From the IMG/VR virus record IMGVR_UViG_3300037722_000136, positions 1 through 46,642 of that record: a stretch of DNA of 46,642 nucleotides; one strand, 5' to 3'. This stretch comes from a virus. Its lineage: Duplodnaviria > Caudoviricetes. Numbering within the stretch: the stretch's first letter is position 1; each line of letters begins with the position of its first letter. Below, one piece after another: positions 35,086 to 44,818 of this stretch. The position numbers and the translations under genes were made by a program. The notes below the pieces were generated by a model. That model had not been told where the DNA came from, ran no database searches, and saw only the letters and a program-made list of their open reading frames with translations.

Positions 35086-35753
35086 TGGCCGGTGGACTAG
35101 GACGATTTGTCCGACAAGCACGAACCAACGCACGGGATAGACGCAATGCCGCGACACTTGCCCAACTCGAAGAAACCATCGCCGGTCTTGGCCTCGCTGT
35201 CAGCAATGGTCAGATTGTGGTTGACGGGGCCGCTGTCGATCATGGTACGTTGGGCGGACTCGGAGATGATGACCACCCGCAGTATACTCGCACGGATACC
35301 CTTACTACCAAAGGCGATCTTTATGTACGTAATGCTACTGTAGTTACGCGACAGGGTGTAGGGTCGAACGGAACGGTTTTGGTCGCGGATTCAGTGCAAG
35401 CAAACGGCGTTCGCTACGGAGACCACGGGGATATCAATGGGTTGTCTGATGACGACCATACACAGTATCTCCTTGACGACGCAGGAACCGGGGGCGACGG
35501 GATCGCGGTTGCAAGCCGCGTCGTATCCGTTGATCTAGTTGCGGGCGGCGGGCTTGAATTCGCGGGGGGTCAGCTTCAGGGTGCTGCCGCCACACCGACT
35601 ATGGCCGGCGTATTGCGGCAGTTGAACAACATCGCGGAATTGAACCAAACAATATCTGATCCTCCCACGCAAGTCGAGGTTCAGGCAATTTCAGATAAGA
35701 TAGACGAGTTGCTCGCTGAACTCATAGCACAGGGCGTGATGGCAGGCCCGTAA
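35085..35753 (+). CDS. Tail fibre/needle-like protein
   Basis: Two DHG.L.GL.DDDH.QY motifs, LTTKGDL, C-terminal PTQ.EVQAI..K.DELL..L...G.M. Confidence 0.65.
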   Translation: MAGGLGRFVRQARTNARDRRNAATLAQLEETIAGLGLAVSNGQIVVDGAAVDHGTLGGLGDDDHPQYTRTDTLTTKGDLYVRNATVVTRQGVGSNGTVLVADSVQANGVRYGDHGDINGLSDDDHTQYLLDDAGTGGDGIAVASRVVSVDLVAGGGLEFAGGQLQGAAATPTMAGVLRQLNNIAELNQTISDPPTQVEVQAISDKIDELLAELIAQGVMAGP

Positions 35754-35763
35754 GGAGATAAAA

Positions 35764-36315
35764 ATGCCCCCCGCAAATTTGTCACATTCAGCCCGGTTGT
35801 CGCAGTCACTTGGCCCCCGCCCCGCAGGTCGTGTGGTAAGCGTACGTGGCGGGGGGGGATCGGGCGGTGGGGCGAATCAAGACCTGATTCGTCAGCTAAT
35901 GGAATCCTTCAAAAGCGGAAGCGGCGATGCGAACAGTGCTGCGAACGCTCAATACAGGGAACTGATGGATTACGTCACTGGCCTCGAACGTGACGTGATG
36001 GGCGATCTCGCCGGCGTCGGGAAGACCGAGGAGCGTAGAATCGGCGAAGACCTGACTAAGAACCTCGCATCGTCGCAGCAGAGTCTTATGGATCGCGGGT
36101 TGTTCAATACTACGATCAAGGACACGACCGAACGCGGGATTCGCAGCGATGCGGAAAACGCTCGCGGCGATCTGGCTGAACGTCTGGCTATGTTACGGTC
36201 GGGTACTCGTATGGACCTCGGTCGTCTTCGTTCTGATTCAATCCTTAGTCGTGATATTCAAGGCCCGGATCAGGGTATGTACCTTAATCTGTTGACCGCG
36301 TTGGCCGGAGGATAA
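35764..36315 (+). CDS. Putative internal virion (ejection) protein 1
   Basis: Helical, Gly-rich, RGLFNTT motif; position after the tail genes. Confidence 0.6.
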   Translation: MPPANLSHSARLSQSLGPRPAGRVVSVRGGGGSGGGANQDLIRQLMESFKSGSGDANSAANAQYRELMDYVTGLERDVMGDLAGVGKTEERRIGEDLTKNLASSQQSLMDRGLFNTTIKDTTERGIRSDAENARGDLAERLAMLRSGTRMDLGRLRSDSILSRDIQGPDQGMYLNLLTALAGG

Positions 36316-36316
36316 T

Positions 36317-37195
36317 ATGCCCGCACCTGTACCAATTCGTGTCCGATATGGTGATGCCGGCGTCCTCGGGGCGGCGGCTGTCGGTGTTGGTCAACAGCGG
36401 TCATGGCAGCGGCAGAAGGCCCTCGATATGGAATTCTTGTCGCGGGAGATGGACCGCCGTGAAGAAGGCCGTCAGGCCGACATGGCGTTTCAGCTTGATT
36501 CGATAAAGGCCGAACAGGCTCGGCGTCTTGGGTTTCAGCAGCAGGCGAAACCGTTGTCATCCGAGACTATCGCCCCGGTTGAAACCGAGACGGCTGAACC
36601 TGTCGATATCATGGCGGAAGACAAAAACCGCTACATCGACACCGTGGCCCCGGGGATGGGTCTCCCTACCGAAGAAGTTGAGGGGTTGAAAATCCTGAGC
36701 AAAGACCCGAAGACTACGTTGGAGAAACTGCGTATCGCCGCACAAGATGCTGCTCGCCGTAGCCGCAAAGGTCTTACACCGGCTGAAACCGGGAAGCAGA
36801 GGGTCAAAGGGATCGACGATGAATTGCGGGTCGCGGAACGCGAAGCCGCGAACATGCGGAAAGCCCTCGAATCTTCGGGGTATGATCCGTTCGGCCCCGG
36901 TTCGCAGTTCACACAGCAGGGGTACGACGCCCCGACATCTACGCTTGGGAGATTCCTCTATAACGTGAACCCGTTCGGGGAACCGGAAGATGCCGGTTCT
37001 CATACTGATATCCCGGGTCTCAACCGATTCACCGAATATCAAAAACTGCTACAGAAAATCGACACGCTCCGTCAGCAACGCGGGGGCTTGATCGAAGGAA
37101 CCACCTCCACTTCGGGGGCGAAACCAGCACAGACACCCCAATCAAACCCGCAACAGGAAATGCTCGATCTGTTACAGAAGATAGCACAAGGATAA
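36317..37195 (+). CDS. Putative internal virion (ejection) protein 2
   Basis: Coiled-coil rich; second of three genes of increasing size. Confidence 0.55.
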   Translation: MPAPVPIRVRYGDAGVLGAAAVGVGQQRSWQRQKALDMEFLSREMDRREEGRQADMAFQLDSIKAEQARRLGFQQQAKPLSSETIAPVETETAEPVDIMAEDKNRYIDTVAPGMGLPTEEVEGLKILSKDPKTTLEKLRIAAQDAARRSRKGLTPAETGKQRVKGIDDELRVAEREAANMRKALESSGYDPFGPGSQFTQQGYDAPTSTLGRFLYNVNPFGEPEDAGSHTDIPGLNRFTEYQKLLQKIDTLRQQRGGLIEGTTSTSGAKPAQTPQSNPQQEMLDLLQKIAQG

Positions 37196-37199
37196 ATGA

Positions 37200-40100
37200 A
37201 TGCCCGTTTCGTACGATGAGTATGACCGCCTCCACCAGCTACGCAGCGGAATGCAAACAAGCGGTGGATGGAACGATGCTCTGGATGAAGCGTTCACGCA
37301 AGCAGAATCACGCCTGTTGCGAGACCAGCCAGAACTGATGATCCAACGCACCCTTCGCACGAAGGGCTTTGCGAAAGCGAACGTGACCACGGCCCCGCCC
37401 GGTTCTCTGGGTCAGGCCCCGACGTTCGCACCTGATAAGAAGACCCCGGTCCACACAGCATATGAGCGGTTGACGCCGGCCCTCGACGACTTGCCTGAGA
37501 TGAATGAGAGGTTCGCGGCGATCGGCGGTAAGACGCACGTTGATCTCACCCCCGAAGGCGTAGGCCGGGCTATGGCTGCGGCTCAGCCCGATATACCCGG
37601 TGCCCGGGCCGTGGTGTCGGGGTTGCAGCAGTCGGTCCTCGGCGGATCGTCCCTGATGGCCCGGGTTTTTCAGCAGGAAAACGCCGCCAGAGAAATGTCC
37701 GCTATGCAAGGAGAAGTCGCCGCAAGCGACGACACCTTTATGGGCCGTGCGTTGGCGGGCTGGACACGGTCGATGATCGATATGCTTACTGCGGCGGGGC
37801 TAGGTCCTGCTGGAGTGATCGGCTATTTCACATCCCTTGCTACGAACAACGCAATCGACGAAGGCCGTGAACAGGGCCTTGAACGAGGGGAACTCGTAGC
37901 ATACGCCCTTGAACAAGGGGCAATCGAAGGTGTTGTAACGTCCGCGTTTCAAGCTGTCGGCCTCGGCGGTATGGAATCCATGAAGGCCCCGCTCAAAGCC
38001 GGCATAAAAAACGGGTTGAAAGCGTTCGGTAAGCGATCCCTCGCTGAGTTCCCCGAAGAAGTTATTATAGACTTGGGTCAGCGAGTGAGTCGCTACGCCC
38101 ACGATGTCGATCCCGACGCATTCGACCCCGATCGTATGGCTGAAGACTTAGCATCTCTCACCCTTCAGGTGTTAATGGGCACAGGGTCGGTTGAAGCTGT
38201 ATCAAGGATAGGGCGGACTATCACGCCGGAAGCCGAAGTTGACCCAACTCCGATGGCGGGTCGCCCCGAACAACAGCCCGGCCCGGCCCGTCAACTAGGA
38301 CCTGATCGTCTGCTCCCTTCTCCTGAGCAAGTGACAGAGGGACAACATGCCGGTATCGACGAACGAGCCGGGCGTCAGCAGGCCGCTGCTATGCCGTTGC
38401 CTTCATCTGGACAGACGATCTTCGTGTCGCCACAAGGTGCCGCGATGTCTGAAAGCCAGATGCGGGAACGTGATGAAGCTGTTCGTCTTCAGACGCAGGA
38501 ACGGGAAGAACGTATGTCACGCCCCGCGTTGCCCCCTGCATCCGAGGCAAGGTTCCTTGTAGGTGATGACGGCACAGCAGTCGATCTCCTCCAACCCGCC
38601 CCCGCTGAACAACGTACTGCGGAAATGGCTCGCGGGCGTGCCGAAGTTGATGCCCTCATTGCAGCCGGTAATCCTGAAGCCGCACAGGCCCGTATCACCG
38701 AACTCGAAAAAGAACTCCGCACTGATTCTCTCACAGGGGTCGGTAATAAGCGATCGTGGGATGAGGGGCTTCAAGAACTAAAAGGGCGGGCGGATAAGAA
38801 TAAGGTCGGTCAATCATTCATCTGGTTCGACGCTGCGAATTTGAAGATTGCGAACACCCAACTCGGCCATGAAGGGGCCGATCAAGTTCTCCGTGAAATG
38901 GCCCAGAAGATTCAGCAGGTTGTTGGTGATCGCGGTACCATTACGCGGCAGGGTGGCGATGAATTCGGCGTGGTCCTGAAGAAGAATACGTCGAAGCGGA
39001 AGGCCAAACAAATCCGTGATGAGATCGAGACTGCGATCGGCGACCGAGAGATTGTTCCCGGTGCATCGATGTTCCTCTCGGGCGGCGTCGGTGTGCTTAA
39101 GCCGGGGCAGGGTATCACTTCGGCTGTAACCGAAGCCGACATGGATTCCGAGGCCCGTAAGAAACAGAAGAAAGAACGTCTCGGCCAAGAAGTCGATCGT
39201 ACAGTGATCGAGAGGAAGCTGCAACAGGCGGCACAGCAGGTATCCGGGACGCCTCTGAATTTAGTGCCTGAGGCGTCGGTTGACGCCGCCCGTCGTCGGG
39301 AGTTTCGTCGCATCGAAATGGTTCGTCGCCGACTGCATGAAGCCGCTGATCGGATTGCGGAGCAGTCCGCGTTAGCCGCGATTCAGAACGACCCTGATGC
39401 CTTAGCAGCGGCCACTATCGGTACGCCGGCGAAGGGTTCGCCACGTCAGCCGGGCCGTCTTCGGTCCATGATTTCCACGATCGGGGTGCCGGTCAGCACC
39501 GTAGTCCGTAACTTCTCGCCGCGTCTGTATGGCCGTATGAAGCAATACGAACACACAGTAAAGATGGAGCAACACGACGCTAAGAGCGTCGCCAAGAAAT
39601 ACTACGACCGGCTTCGGAGGTCTGGTCTCACAAGGGAACAACAGCGACAAGTTCAGTTCTTGCGGCGTTTCCGTTCCTCGGCAGACGCGAATCTGTTCAT
39701 ACAAGAGAACGTCAAGGACCCGGCGAAGCAGACTGAATTGCTGGCGGCGTTCGATTCTATGCGGTTGGTGAAGGACAGTATCTACGATCAGGCTCGGGCT
39801 ATGGGTGTGGGCAAGGGGTATATCGAAGATCACATGCCGAGTTCCGTCCGGGACTACGATGCGTGGGTCGCCGATATGCACGGTACCGACAACGATAGGA
39901 TTGCGGCTTCCATCCGTATCGAAGAAGCGAAGAAGGGCCGGGCACTGACGACTACGGAAAAAGTCCATGTCGCTAACCTTGTTGTGCGTGGGTACGGCCC
40001 ACGGAAGCCGGGGCAGATCGCCCCGCGTCGTCTTAGTCAGCGTACCGTCGAGGACCTGACTTTCGAGCAGTTTGATAAGCACTATGTCGATGAAGAACAA

Positions 40101-41522
40101 GCCATGTACGAATACTTGGACGCTGTAATCATCGCCAAGGAGAAAGCTAAGCTGCTCGGTAAGGCCCACGAAGACGAGGATATTAAAGAATCGGTCGGGC
40201 GTTTGATTCTCGAAGGTAAGTTCGGGGCATCCGATCTGCAAGGTTGGCAGCGTGATCGTCTAGTGGCGATCATCACGTCGAGGTTCACCACAGGTGAACT
40301 CGCCCCGAACTGGTTCCTTCAGGCGACCCGGCAGATCGGGTACGTCGCAACGCTCGCGGACCCATCCGCCGCCGCAATTCAATTCGGCGACATTGGGTTG
40401 ATTATGGCCCGCGACGGTGTACTACCCGGCTTGGCTGCTATTCCCGCTGCAACCCGCGAAGAAGTTCTTACGGCCCGGAACATGGGCTTAGACATGATTG
40501 GCGAGGAATTCGCGGATCGTAATGGCGTAGCGAAACTTACGCAGGCTATGATGACGTGGTCCGGGTTCCGTCGCCTTGACACATCCATGAAGACCGTGAA
40601 CATGGTGTCGGCGGTTGCGGAGGCCAAGCGACGAACCGGAAAACCCGACAGTAAAGAGTTCGCGGAATTTAAGCAGGAGTGGGAACCTGTTCTTGCTCCG
40701 GGCGAATTCGATAGTTTGGTCCGGGATATACAGGCCGGACGGAAATCCGACCTTGTCCTGCTGTACGCCTATATGCGGATGTCCGACACACAGCCGGTCG
40801 ATCTAATGGAAGTACCACAGTCGTATCTCGCGGCACCGAACGGGCGTATCTTCTATATGCTGAAGACGTTTGCGATGAAGCAGTTCGACTTCTATCGACG
40901 CAACACTATGGATCGCATTGTGCGTGGTGTCAAGGAACGGGATACGAGGGAAGCCCAGAAAGGTATGCAGGAATTAGTCCGAATGGCTACGATCCTGTCG
41001 CTCACCTACGCATCCTTCGACTGGCTTCGAGACTGGCTGCTCGGCCGGGAACCAGATTTTACCGATTCGATGCTGAACGGTCTACTCGGTATATTCGGCG
41101 GTTCAACATACGTGATGGGGTCCACCGTTAAGGACGGCGTCGGGTCGGCAATCTTCGACTTCCTCGCCCCGCCGACATCACATATCGACGATCCGGTGAT
41201 CGACCTCGTAAACTTCTCGAAGTCTATCAGTGAGGAAGACCCGGATAAGCGTACGCTCCGCACCTTGCGGCACGTACCGCTGATTGGTCGGTTCTTGTTT
41301 TGGAGGTTCGGCACCGGGGCGAAGTGGGTTGGTAGACAAGACCACGACGATGCCCGTGATCTGGCGGTTGACGCCGTATTGAAGAATGACATACGCGGGG
41401 CGAGTGCGATCATAAACGCCTACAACGACTCCGCGAAGTCGGATCAGAAGAAATTATCGATGATGAGCATCCGCAGCACCGCAACACGGCGGGCGAATGA
41501 GGAGAAGAAAGATGACAAATGA
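37200..41522 (+). CDS. Large internal virion/ejection protein containing a GGDEF (diguanylate cyclase) domain
   Basis: 1440 aa, helical, Gly/Ala hydrophobic segments; aa ~508-655 TDSLTGVGNKR...FDAANLKIAN..LGH..AD..L...RQGGDEF...S.GV...AD....K. Confidence 0.85.
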   Translation: MPVSYDEYDRLHQLRSGMQTSGGWNDALDEAFTQAESRLLRDQPELMIQRTLRTKGFAKANVTTAPPGSLGQAPTFAPDKKTPVHTAYERLTPALDDLPEMNERFAAIGGKTHVDLTPEGVGRAMAAAQPDIPGARAVVSGLQQSVLGGSSLMARVFQQENAAREMSAMQGEVAASDDTFMGRALAGWTRSMIDMLTAAGLGPAGVIGYFTSLATNNAIDEGREQGLERGELVAYALEQGAIEGVVTSAFQAVGLGGMESMKAPLKAGIKNGLKAFGKRSLAEFPEEVIIDLGQRVSRYAHDVDPDAFDPDRMAEDLASLTLQVLMGTGSVEAVSRIGRTITPEAEVDPTPMAGRPEQQPGPARQLGPDRLLPSPEQVTEGQHAGIDERAGRQQAAAMPLPSSGQTIFVSPQGAAMSESQMRERDEAVRLQTQEREERMSRPALPPASEARFLVGDDGTAVDLLQPAPAEQRTAEMARGRAEVDALIAAGNPEAAQARITELEKELRTDSLTGVGNKRSWDEGLQELKGRADKNKVGQSFIWFDAANLKIANTQLGHEGADQVLREMAQKIQQVVGDRGTITRQGGDEFGVVLKKNTSKRKAKQIRDEIETAIGDREIVPGASMFLSGGVGVLKPGQGITSAVTEADMDSEARKKQKKERLGQEVDRTVIERKLQQAAQQVSGTPLNLVPEASVDAARRREFRRIEMVRRRLHEAADRIAEQSALAAIQNDPDALAAATIGTPAKGSPRQPGRLRSMISTIGVPVSTVVRNFSPRLYGRMKQYEHTVKMEQHDAKSVAKKYYDRLRRSGLTREQQRQVQFLRRFRSSADANLFIQENVKDPAKQTELLAAFDSMRLVKDSIYDQARAMGVGKGYIEDHMPSSVRDYDAWVADMHGTDNDRIAASIRIEEAKKGRALTTTEKVHVANLVVRGYGPRKPGQIAPRRLSQRTVEDLTFEQFDKHYVDEEQAMYEYLDAVIIAKEKAKLLGKAHEDEDIKESVGRLILEGKFGASDLQGWQRDRLVAIITSRFTTGELAPNWFLQATRQIGYVATLADPSAAAIQFGDIGLIMARDGVLPGLAAIPAATREEVLTARNMGLDMIGEEFADRNGVAKLTQAMMTWSGFRRLDTSMKTVNMVSAVAEAKRRTGKPDSKEFAEFKQEWEPVLAPGEFDSLVRDIQAGRKSDLVLLYAYMRMSDTQPVDLMEVPQSYLAAPNGRIFYMLKTFAMKQFDFYRRNTMDRIVRGVKERDTREAQKGMQELVRMATILSLTYASFDWLRDWLLGREPDFTDSMLNGLLGIFGGSTYVMGSTVKDGVGSAIFDFLAPPTSHIDDPVIDLVNFSKSISEEDPDKRTLRTLRHVPLIGRFLFWRFGTGAKWVGRQDHDDARDLAVDAVLKNDIRGASAIINAYNDSAKSDQKKLSMMSIRSTATRRANEEKKDDK

Positions 41523-41808
41523 AGCACTCAACTCGGCTCAGGTGCGTGAAGTCGAACACATCTCGGAGATCGAGGTTAGGAAATACTTCGACTACTACCT
41601 GAAAGAGATCGTCCCTGTCCAGCAGCGGGCCGAACGCGAACGATCCCACCTGCTGATCGAGAAGCACGATGCTGATGACAAAGCCCACGGCGGCGTCGAA
41701 GGTAAGTTCAGTCGGTTTGTGTGGACTCTGTTGGGGGTGTCAACGGCCGGGGGTCTCGGCGGCGGAGCGTTGGCAAAGCTGCTAGCTTCGGTTCTGGGAG
41801 TCGGGTAG
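41512..41808 (+). CDS. Small protein with C-terminal TM segment (holin-like candidate)
   Basis: GAGGAG SD; FVWTLLGVSTAGGLGGGALAKLL; last gene of the rightward arm. Confidence 0.55.
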   Translation: MTNEALNSAQVREVEHISEIEVRKYFDYYLKEIVPVQQRAERERSHLLIEKHDADDKAHGGVEGKFSRFVWTLLGVSTAGGLGGGALAKLLASVLGVG

Positions 41809-42023
41809 GTACCGTCTGCGACCACTGAATCATGCCGGCATTCTTAGGTGTATCTCCGCTCGGGTGTCGCTCCATGAACACCCGGGCGTTTTCTGCTGCC
41901 CATATAGCGTTAACCCACGCTCCAGCCGGAATTCTGCGGGTGTGTCCGTTCCGTTCCCAGAACACAACCACGTCTGCGTCCGGGGTGGGGAACTCCCAAT
42001 CCTGCACGTAGAAGAACTCGGCG

Positions 42024-42224
42024 TCAAGCGATAGAAGACATAAAAACATCGACTTCCCTTTCGGTGGTGAACATCTGCCCGCCCCGGGTTATGGACCCCA
42101 ACTTAACGTCACCTTTGCCGGCCTTGATCCAGTTGTAGATCGTCTGCCGGGTTACGTCTAGGCGGTGCTGTCTCTGTATGTACGCCCGAGCATCGTCGAT
42201 TGTTAGGGCTTCAGGAGATTTCAT
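42024..42224 (-). CDS. Excisionase/MerR-like HTH DNA-binding protein (DUF1580-like)
   Basis: LTIDDA...VTRQTIYNWI..G...VKL....GG..FTT...V..F. Confidence 0.7.
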   Translation of the reverse strand: MKSPEALTIDDARAYIQRQHRLDVTRQTIYNWIKAGKGDVKLGSITRGGQMFTTEREVDVFMSSIA

Positions 42225-42486
42225 CTGGGTTCGTTCTCCACATACGCAGGCGGGTGGCAAACACGCTTCTCACGTAGGACACGTCTCCCTCCGTGATATC
42301 GCGGTGATCGATATGTACAGCCGTAAGTACCGCCCCATCTGTGTTCGGGCTGTGTCGTTTCGACAAGGATTTTTCCCGGTCATTTGTAAATCGGGTGAAG
42401 TACACCCGGGGGTATTCTTTCCCGTGGTACTTAAAACAACCACGACTAATTGAATACCTCTTATGTGAGAACCCGGGGACTTTCAT
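42211..42486 (-). CDS. Hypothetical protein
   Basis: ATGA coupling with GAGG SD. Confidence 0.45.
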   Translation of the reverse strand: MKVPGFSHKRYSISRGCFKYHGKEYPRVYFTRFTNDREKSLSKRHSPNTDGAVLTAVHIDHRDITEGDVSYVRSVFATRLRMWRTNPDEIS

Positions 42487-42857
42487 GTTCTTACCTCTCT
42501 GGAAAGTCGAAGTTCTCGTTTTTCAGCGAGGACCTCTTCCGCTGCTATCCTACAATCCCGATCTCGATTTTCCCGGTAGAAAGTCCCTTCGACTCCACGG
42601 GTGTTATTCGGGTCTAGGCCGAGGGCCACGAGCATATCCCGGACTATTTGATCTGTGGGTTTCCAATCAAGGAGATGTAATCCAACTCCAACAGCAAGCG
42701 GACAATAGTGCCCATCCACATAATTCCCGTTTTTCGTATCGCCCCGATCGTGGGCCATAGTACCCGCGTATGATAGTACACGAAGCAACTGCCGTTCGGT
42801 AAGCTGCCGCAACCCTTTTTTCAATGCAGTCTTTCTTAGGTCTTCAACGGTCATCAT
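42483..42857 (-). CDS. Hypothetical protein
   Basis: AAGGAG SD at ATG 42857; YCPLAV and N.RGV.G.FY. Confidence 0.6.
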   Translation of the reverse strand: MMTVEDLRKTALKKGLRQLTERQLLRVLSYAGTMAHDRGDTKNGNYVDGHYCPLAVGVGLHLLDWKPTDQIVRDMLVALGLDPNNTRGVEGTFYRENRDRDCRIAAEEVLAEKRELRLSREVRT

Positions 42858-43209
42858 GTTCCACTCCTTCTGCACGATAGAGCCGATACAGCCGGGGGTC
42901 GTCTCCGTCCGCGAAGTTCGCGGGCTGTCGATCGGATTCCTGCCCCATGTAATGCTTCCACTCAACGATATCTGGGTACTCGTACTTGATCCTAAGATGT
43001 TCTTCGTCGATCACCACGGCTATGAACCACCGTCGCCCGAACTTCGAGTCCACCTGCACAATAAACCGAGGAAGGCCCTCCGGCTCACTAAAGAGCCCGA
43101 GGACTGTTGCCCTACCTTCCCTGATAGCCCGCCCGCAGGCCGGCGTCGGGGGCCGCTGACTGACCAGATCGATCAGGTCTTGACGACTGTGTAGGGCACG
43201 AAACCGCAT
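42844..43209 (-). CDS. Hypothetical protein
   Basis: TAATG coupling. Confidence 0.55.
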   Translation of the reverse strand: MRFRALHSRQDLIDLVSQRPPTPACGRAIREGRATVLGLFSEPEGLPRFIVQVDSKFGRRWFIAVVIDEEHLRIKYEYPDIVEWKHYMGQESDRQPANFADGDDPRLYRLYRAEGVEHDDR

Positions 43210-43409
43210 TAGAGCCCACCTTCGGGGGGCAGGCCGGGATCGTTGTCCGTCCCCTTGCTCTGGGCTTGGCGAACCAGTTCTTCACGCACCGCGTTTCGGG
43301 CGTGGAGGTACGCTTCCAACTGTTCAGGCGTCACTTCCTGATTCTGCTGGACCCTCACAATCAGATCGATACCCTGAAAGAGTGCTTCAAAAATAAGATT
43401 CAAAGGCAT
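43209..43409 (-). CDS. Small amphipathic protein
   Basis: AAGGA SD; follows the lipoprotein gene. Confidence 0.6.
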   Translation of the reverse strand: MPLNLIFEALFQGIDLIVRVQQNQEVTPEQLEAYLHARNAVREELVRQAQSKGTDNDPGLPPEGGL

Positions 43410-43428
43410 AGGTCATTCCTTCCCGGGG

Positions 43429-43767
43429 TTAGTCCCCGAAGTGTGCACCAGCTTCAAGCAAGAACGGACGCAGTCGGTCGAGCAGGAACCGAATCTGTTC
43501 CAGCACAGTATCACCCTCGAACCCGGCCGCAGTCATTGCGTCGTATTCACGCATCAGCTGATTGACCGTGGTGATGACCGGCTCGATGTCTTCCTCCCAC
43601 TCTTCAGGGGTGAAAGTATCGGCATCGTACGCGGTGTTCAGGGTAGTCACCGTCGCAATAAAGGCATCGTTCGCCTGTGCGTACGACTTCCGAGACGTAA
43701 CCCCTTGACACCCCACCTGTGCCAGCACAAGAAGGCCGGCTGCGATCAAACCCATGAATCGTTTCAC
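43429..43767 (-). CDS. Lipoprotein (spanin-like or superinfection-exclusion candidate)
   Basis: GTG start with AAGGAG SD; KRF + hydrophobic stretch + lipobox-like QVG-C. Confidence 0.7.
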   Translation of the reverse strand: MKRFMGLIAAGLLVLAQVGCQGVTSRKSYAQANDAFIATVTTLNTAYDADTFTPEEWEEDIEPVITTVNQLMREYDAMTAAGFEGDTVLEQIRFLLDRLRPFLLEAGAHFGD

Positions 43768-44258
43768 TTGTTCTCCTTTCCAAGATATGCCCATGTATCA
43801 CCATTTACGATATTAGTGATCGTGGGGCGTGCTACGTTAAATGCTGCCGCGAGAACCCGATCTGCAATGCGGCCCCCTAGGTGCCGTATTGCCCGAACTT
43901 CTCGTTCGGTGAGTTTAGACTGTGGCACCCGCTCACCCCGATTCCACGTTCCGTGTTTTATTCGGTCGAGGGCGTTGGTTCTCCGTGTTCCCCAAACCAG
44001 ATTATTCAGTCGGTTATCGACGCCGTCTCCGTTTAAGTGCCGGGCTTCCAAACCGTCTGGTCGCAATCCCCGAAAGCATTCTAAGACTAGGGTTTGCATT
44101 TGAACCTGCCGCTTTTCAGACCCGCAGGATAATGTCACCTTCAGATATTTCACGGACTTCGTGGGGGATAGTAAATAGGAACCACGGCGAATTCGGCCGA
44201 ATGCGGAAACTTCATATGCCGGCCAATTTGGGACCTGTTTCCAGATTTCACGACCCAT
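43764..44258 (-). CDS. NUMOD4-HNH homing endonuclease
   Basis: EIWKQVP..PAYEVS..GRIR; LVL.CF.G.RP.GLEARHLNG...DNRL.NL.WGT...N; SKLTE..V..IR; HTH tail. Confidence 0.9.
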   Translation of the reverse strand: MGREIWKQVPNWPAYEVSAFGRIRRGSYLLSPTKSVKYLKVTLSCGSEKRQVQMQTLVLECFRGLRPDGLEARHLNGDGVDNRLNNLVWGTRRTNALDRIKHGTWNRGERVPQSKLTEREVRAIRHLGGRIADRVLAAAFNVARPTITNIVNGDTWAYLGKENK

Positions 44259-44457
44259 TGCCTTTGTCCTTCGCCCTACCAACGATGCCGGCAACCCACT
44301 CTACCACCCTGTAGATATTTTTTACCCATTGATCGTCTCGGGGGGTTGGCGTCATTGCGACCACCACAAGTGCGAGGGCGTGAGCCGCCAGTATGACTCC
44401 GAGCCATGTGAATAGCTGAGGGTGCTGTGTGAACAAATCCAACAGAATGTCTTCCAA
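44248..44457 (-). CDS. Small holin-like membrane protein
   Basis: TM helix then TPTP.DD..V...YR..E..AG; GGAGG SD, TTG start. Confidence 0.6.
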   Translation of the reverse strand: MEDILLDLFTQHPQLFTWLGVILAAHALALVVVAMTPTPRDDQWVKNIYRVVEWVAGIVGRAKDKGNGS

Positions 44458-44458
44458 T

Positions 44459-44815
44459 TCAATCCTCCTTGTTGTCGGTTAGAACGTCCACGGATACGAC
44501 GCCGGGGTTCCTAAATGAACGAATGACCTCGGAAATACAGATGTAGTCTGTGATGATTAGCCGGTACTTCGACCCGACCCCACCCACATCATTTATTGGG
44601 TGCGACCTCGGTAGGTTATCCCAGACCCAATCCCTCGCTGCCATCACTGCGTTATGGCTTCGTTGGAGGTCTACGTCCCAATTCAGAAATGGGTCCGGGC
44701 TTTGGTTATATGCGTCTACGATAAGCTGTTCACCAGACTCCGTTAGGGGAACATCCGCCCACACCCCGTCCCACAACTCATATTGGTACAATACGCGGGT
44801 TCTGCTGTCGGACAT
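44459..44815 (-). CDS. Hypothetical protein
   Basis: AAGGA SD; packed in the operon. Confidence 0.55.
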   Translation of the reverse strand: MSDSRTRVLYQYELWDGVWADVPLTESGEQLIVDAYNQSPDPFLNWDVDLQRSHNAVMAARDWVWDNLPRSHPINDVGGVGSKYRLIITDYICISEVIRSFRNPGVVSVDVLTDNKED

Positions 44816-44818
44816 CGA

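Noticed and set aside
41708-42049. Two overlapping minus-strand ORFs (41830..42027 and 41708..42049) at the convergence point
   Set aside because: Could not decide which frame, if either, is real; no motif recognised.
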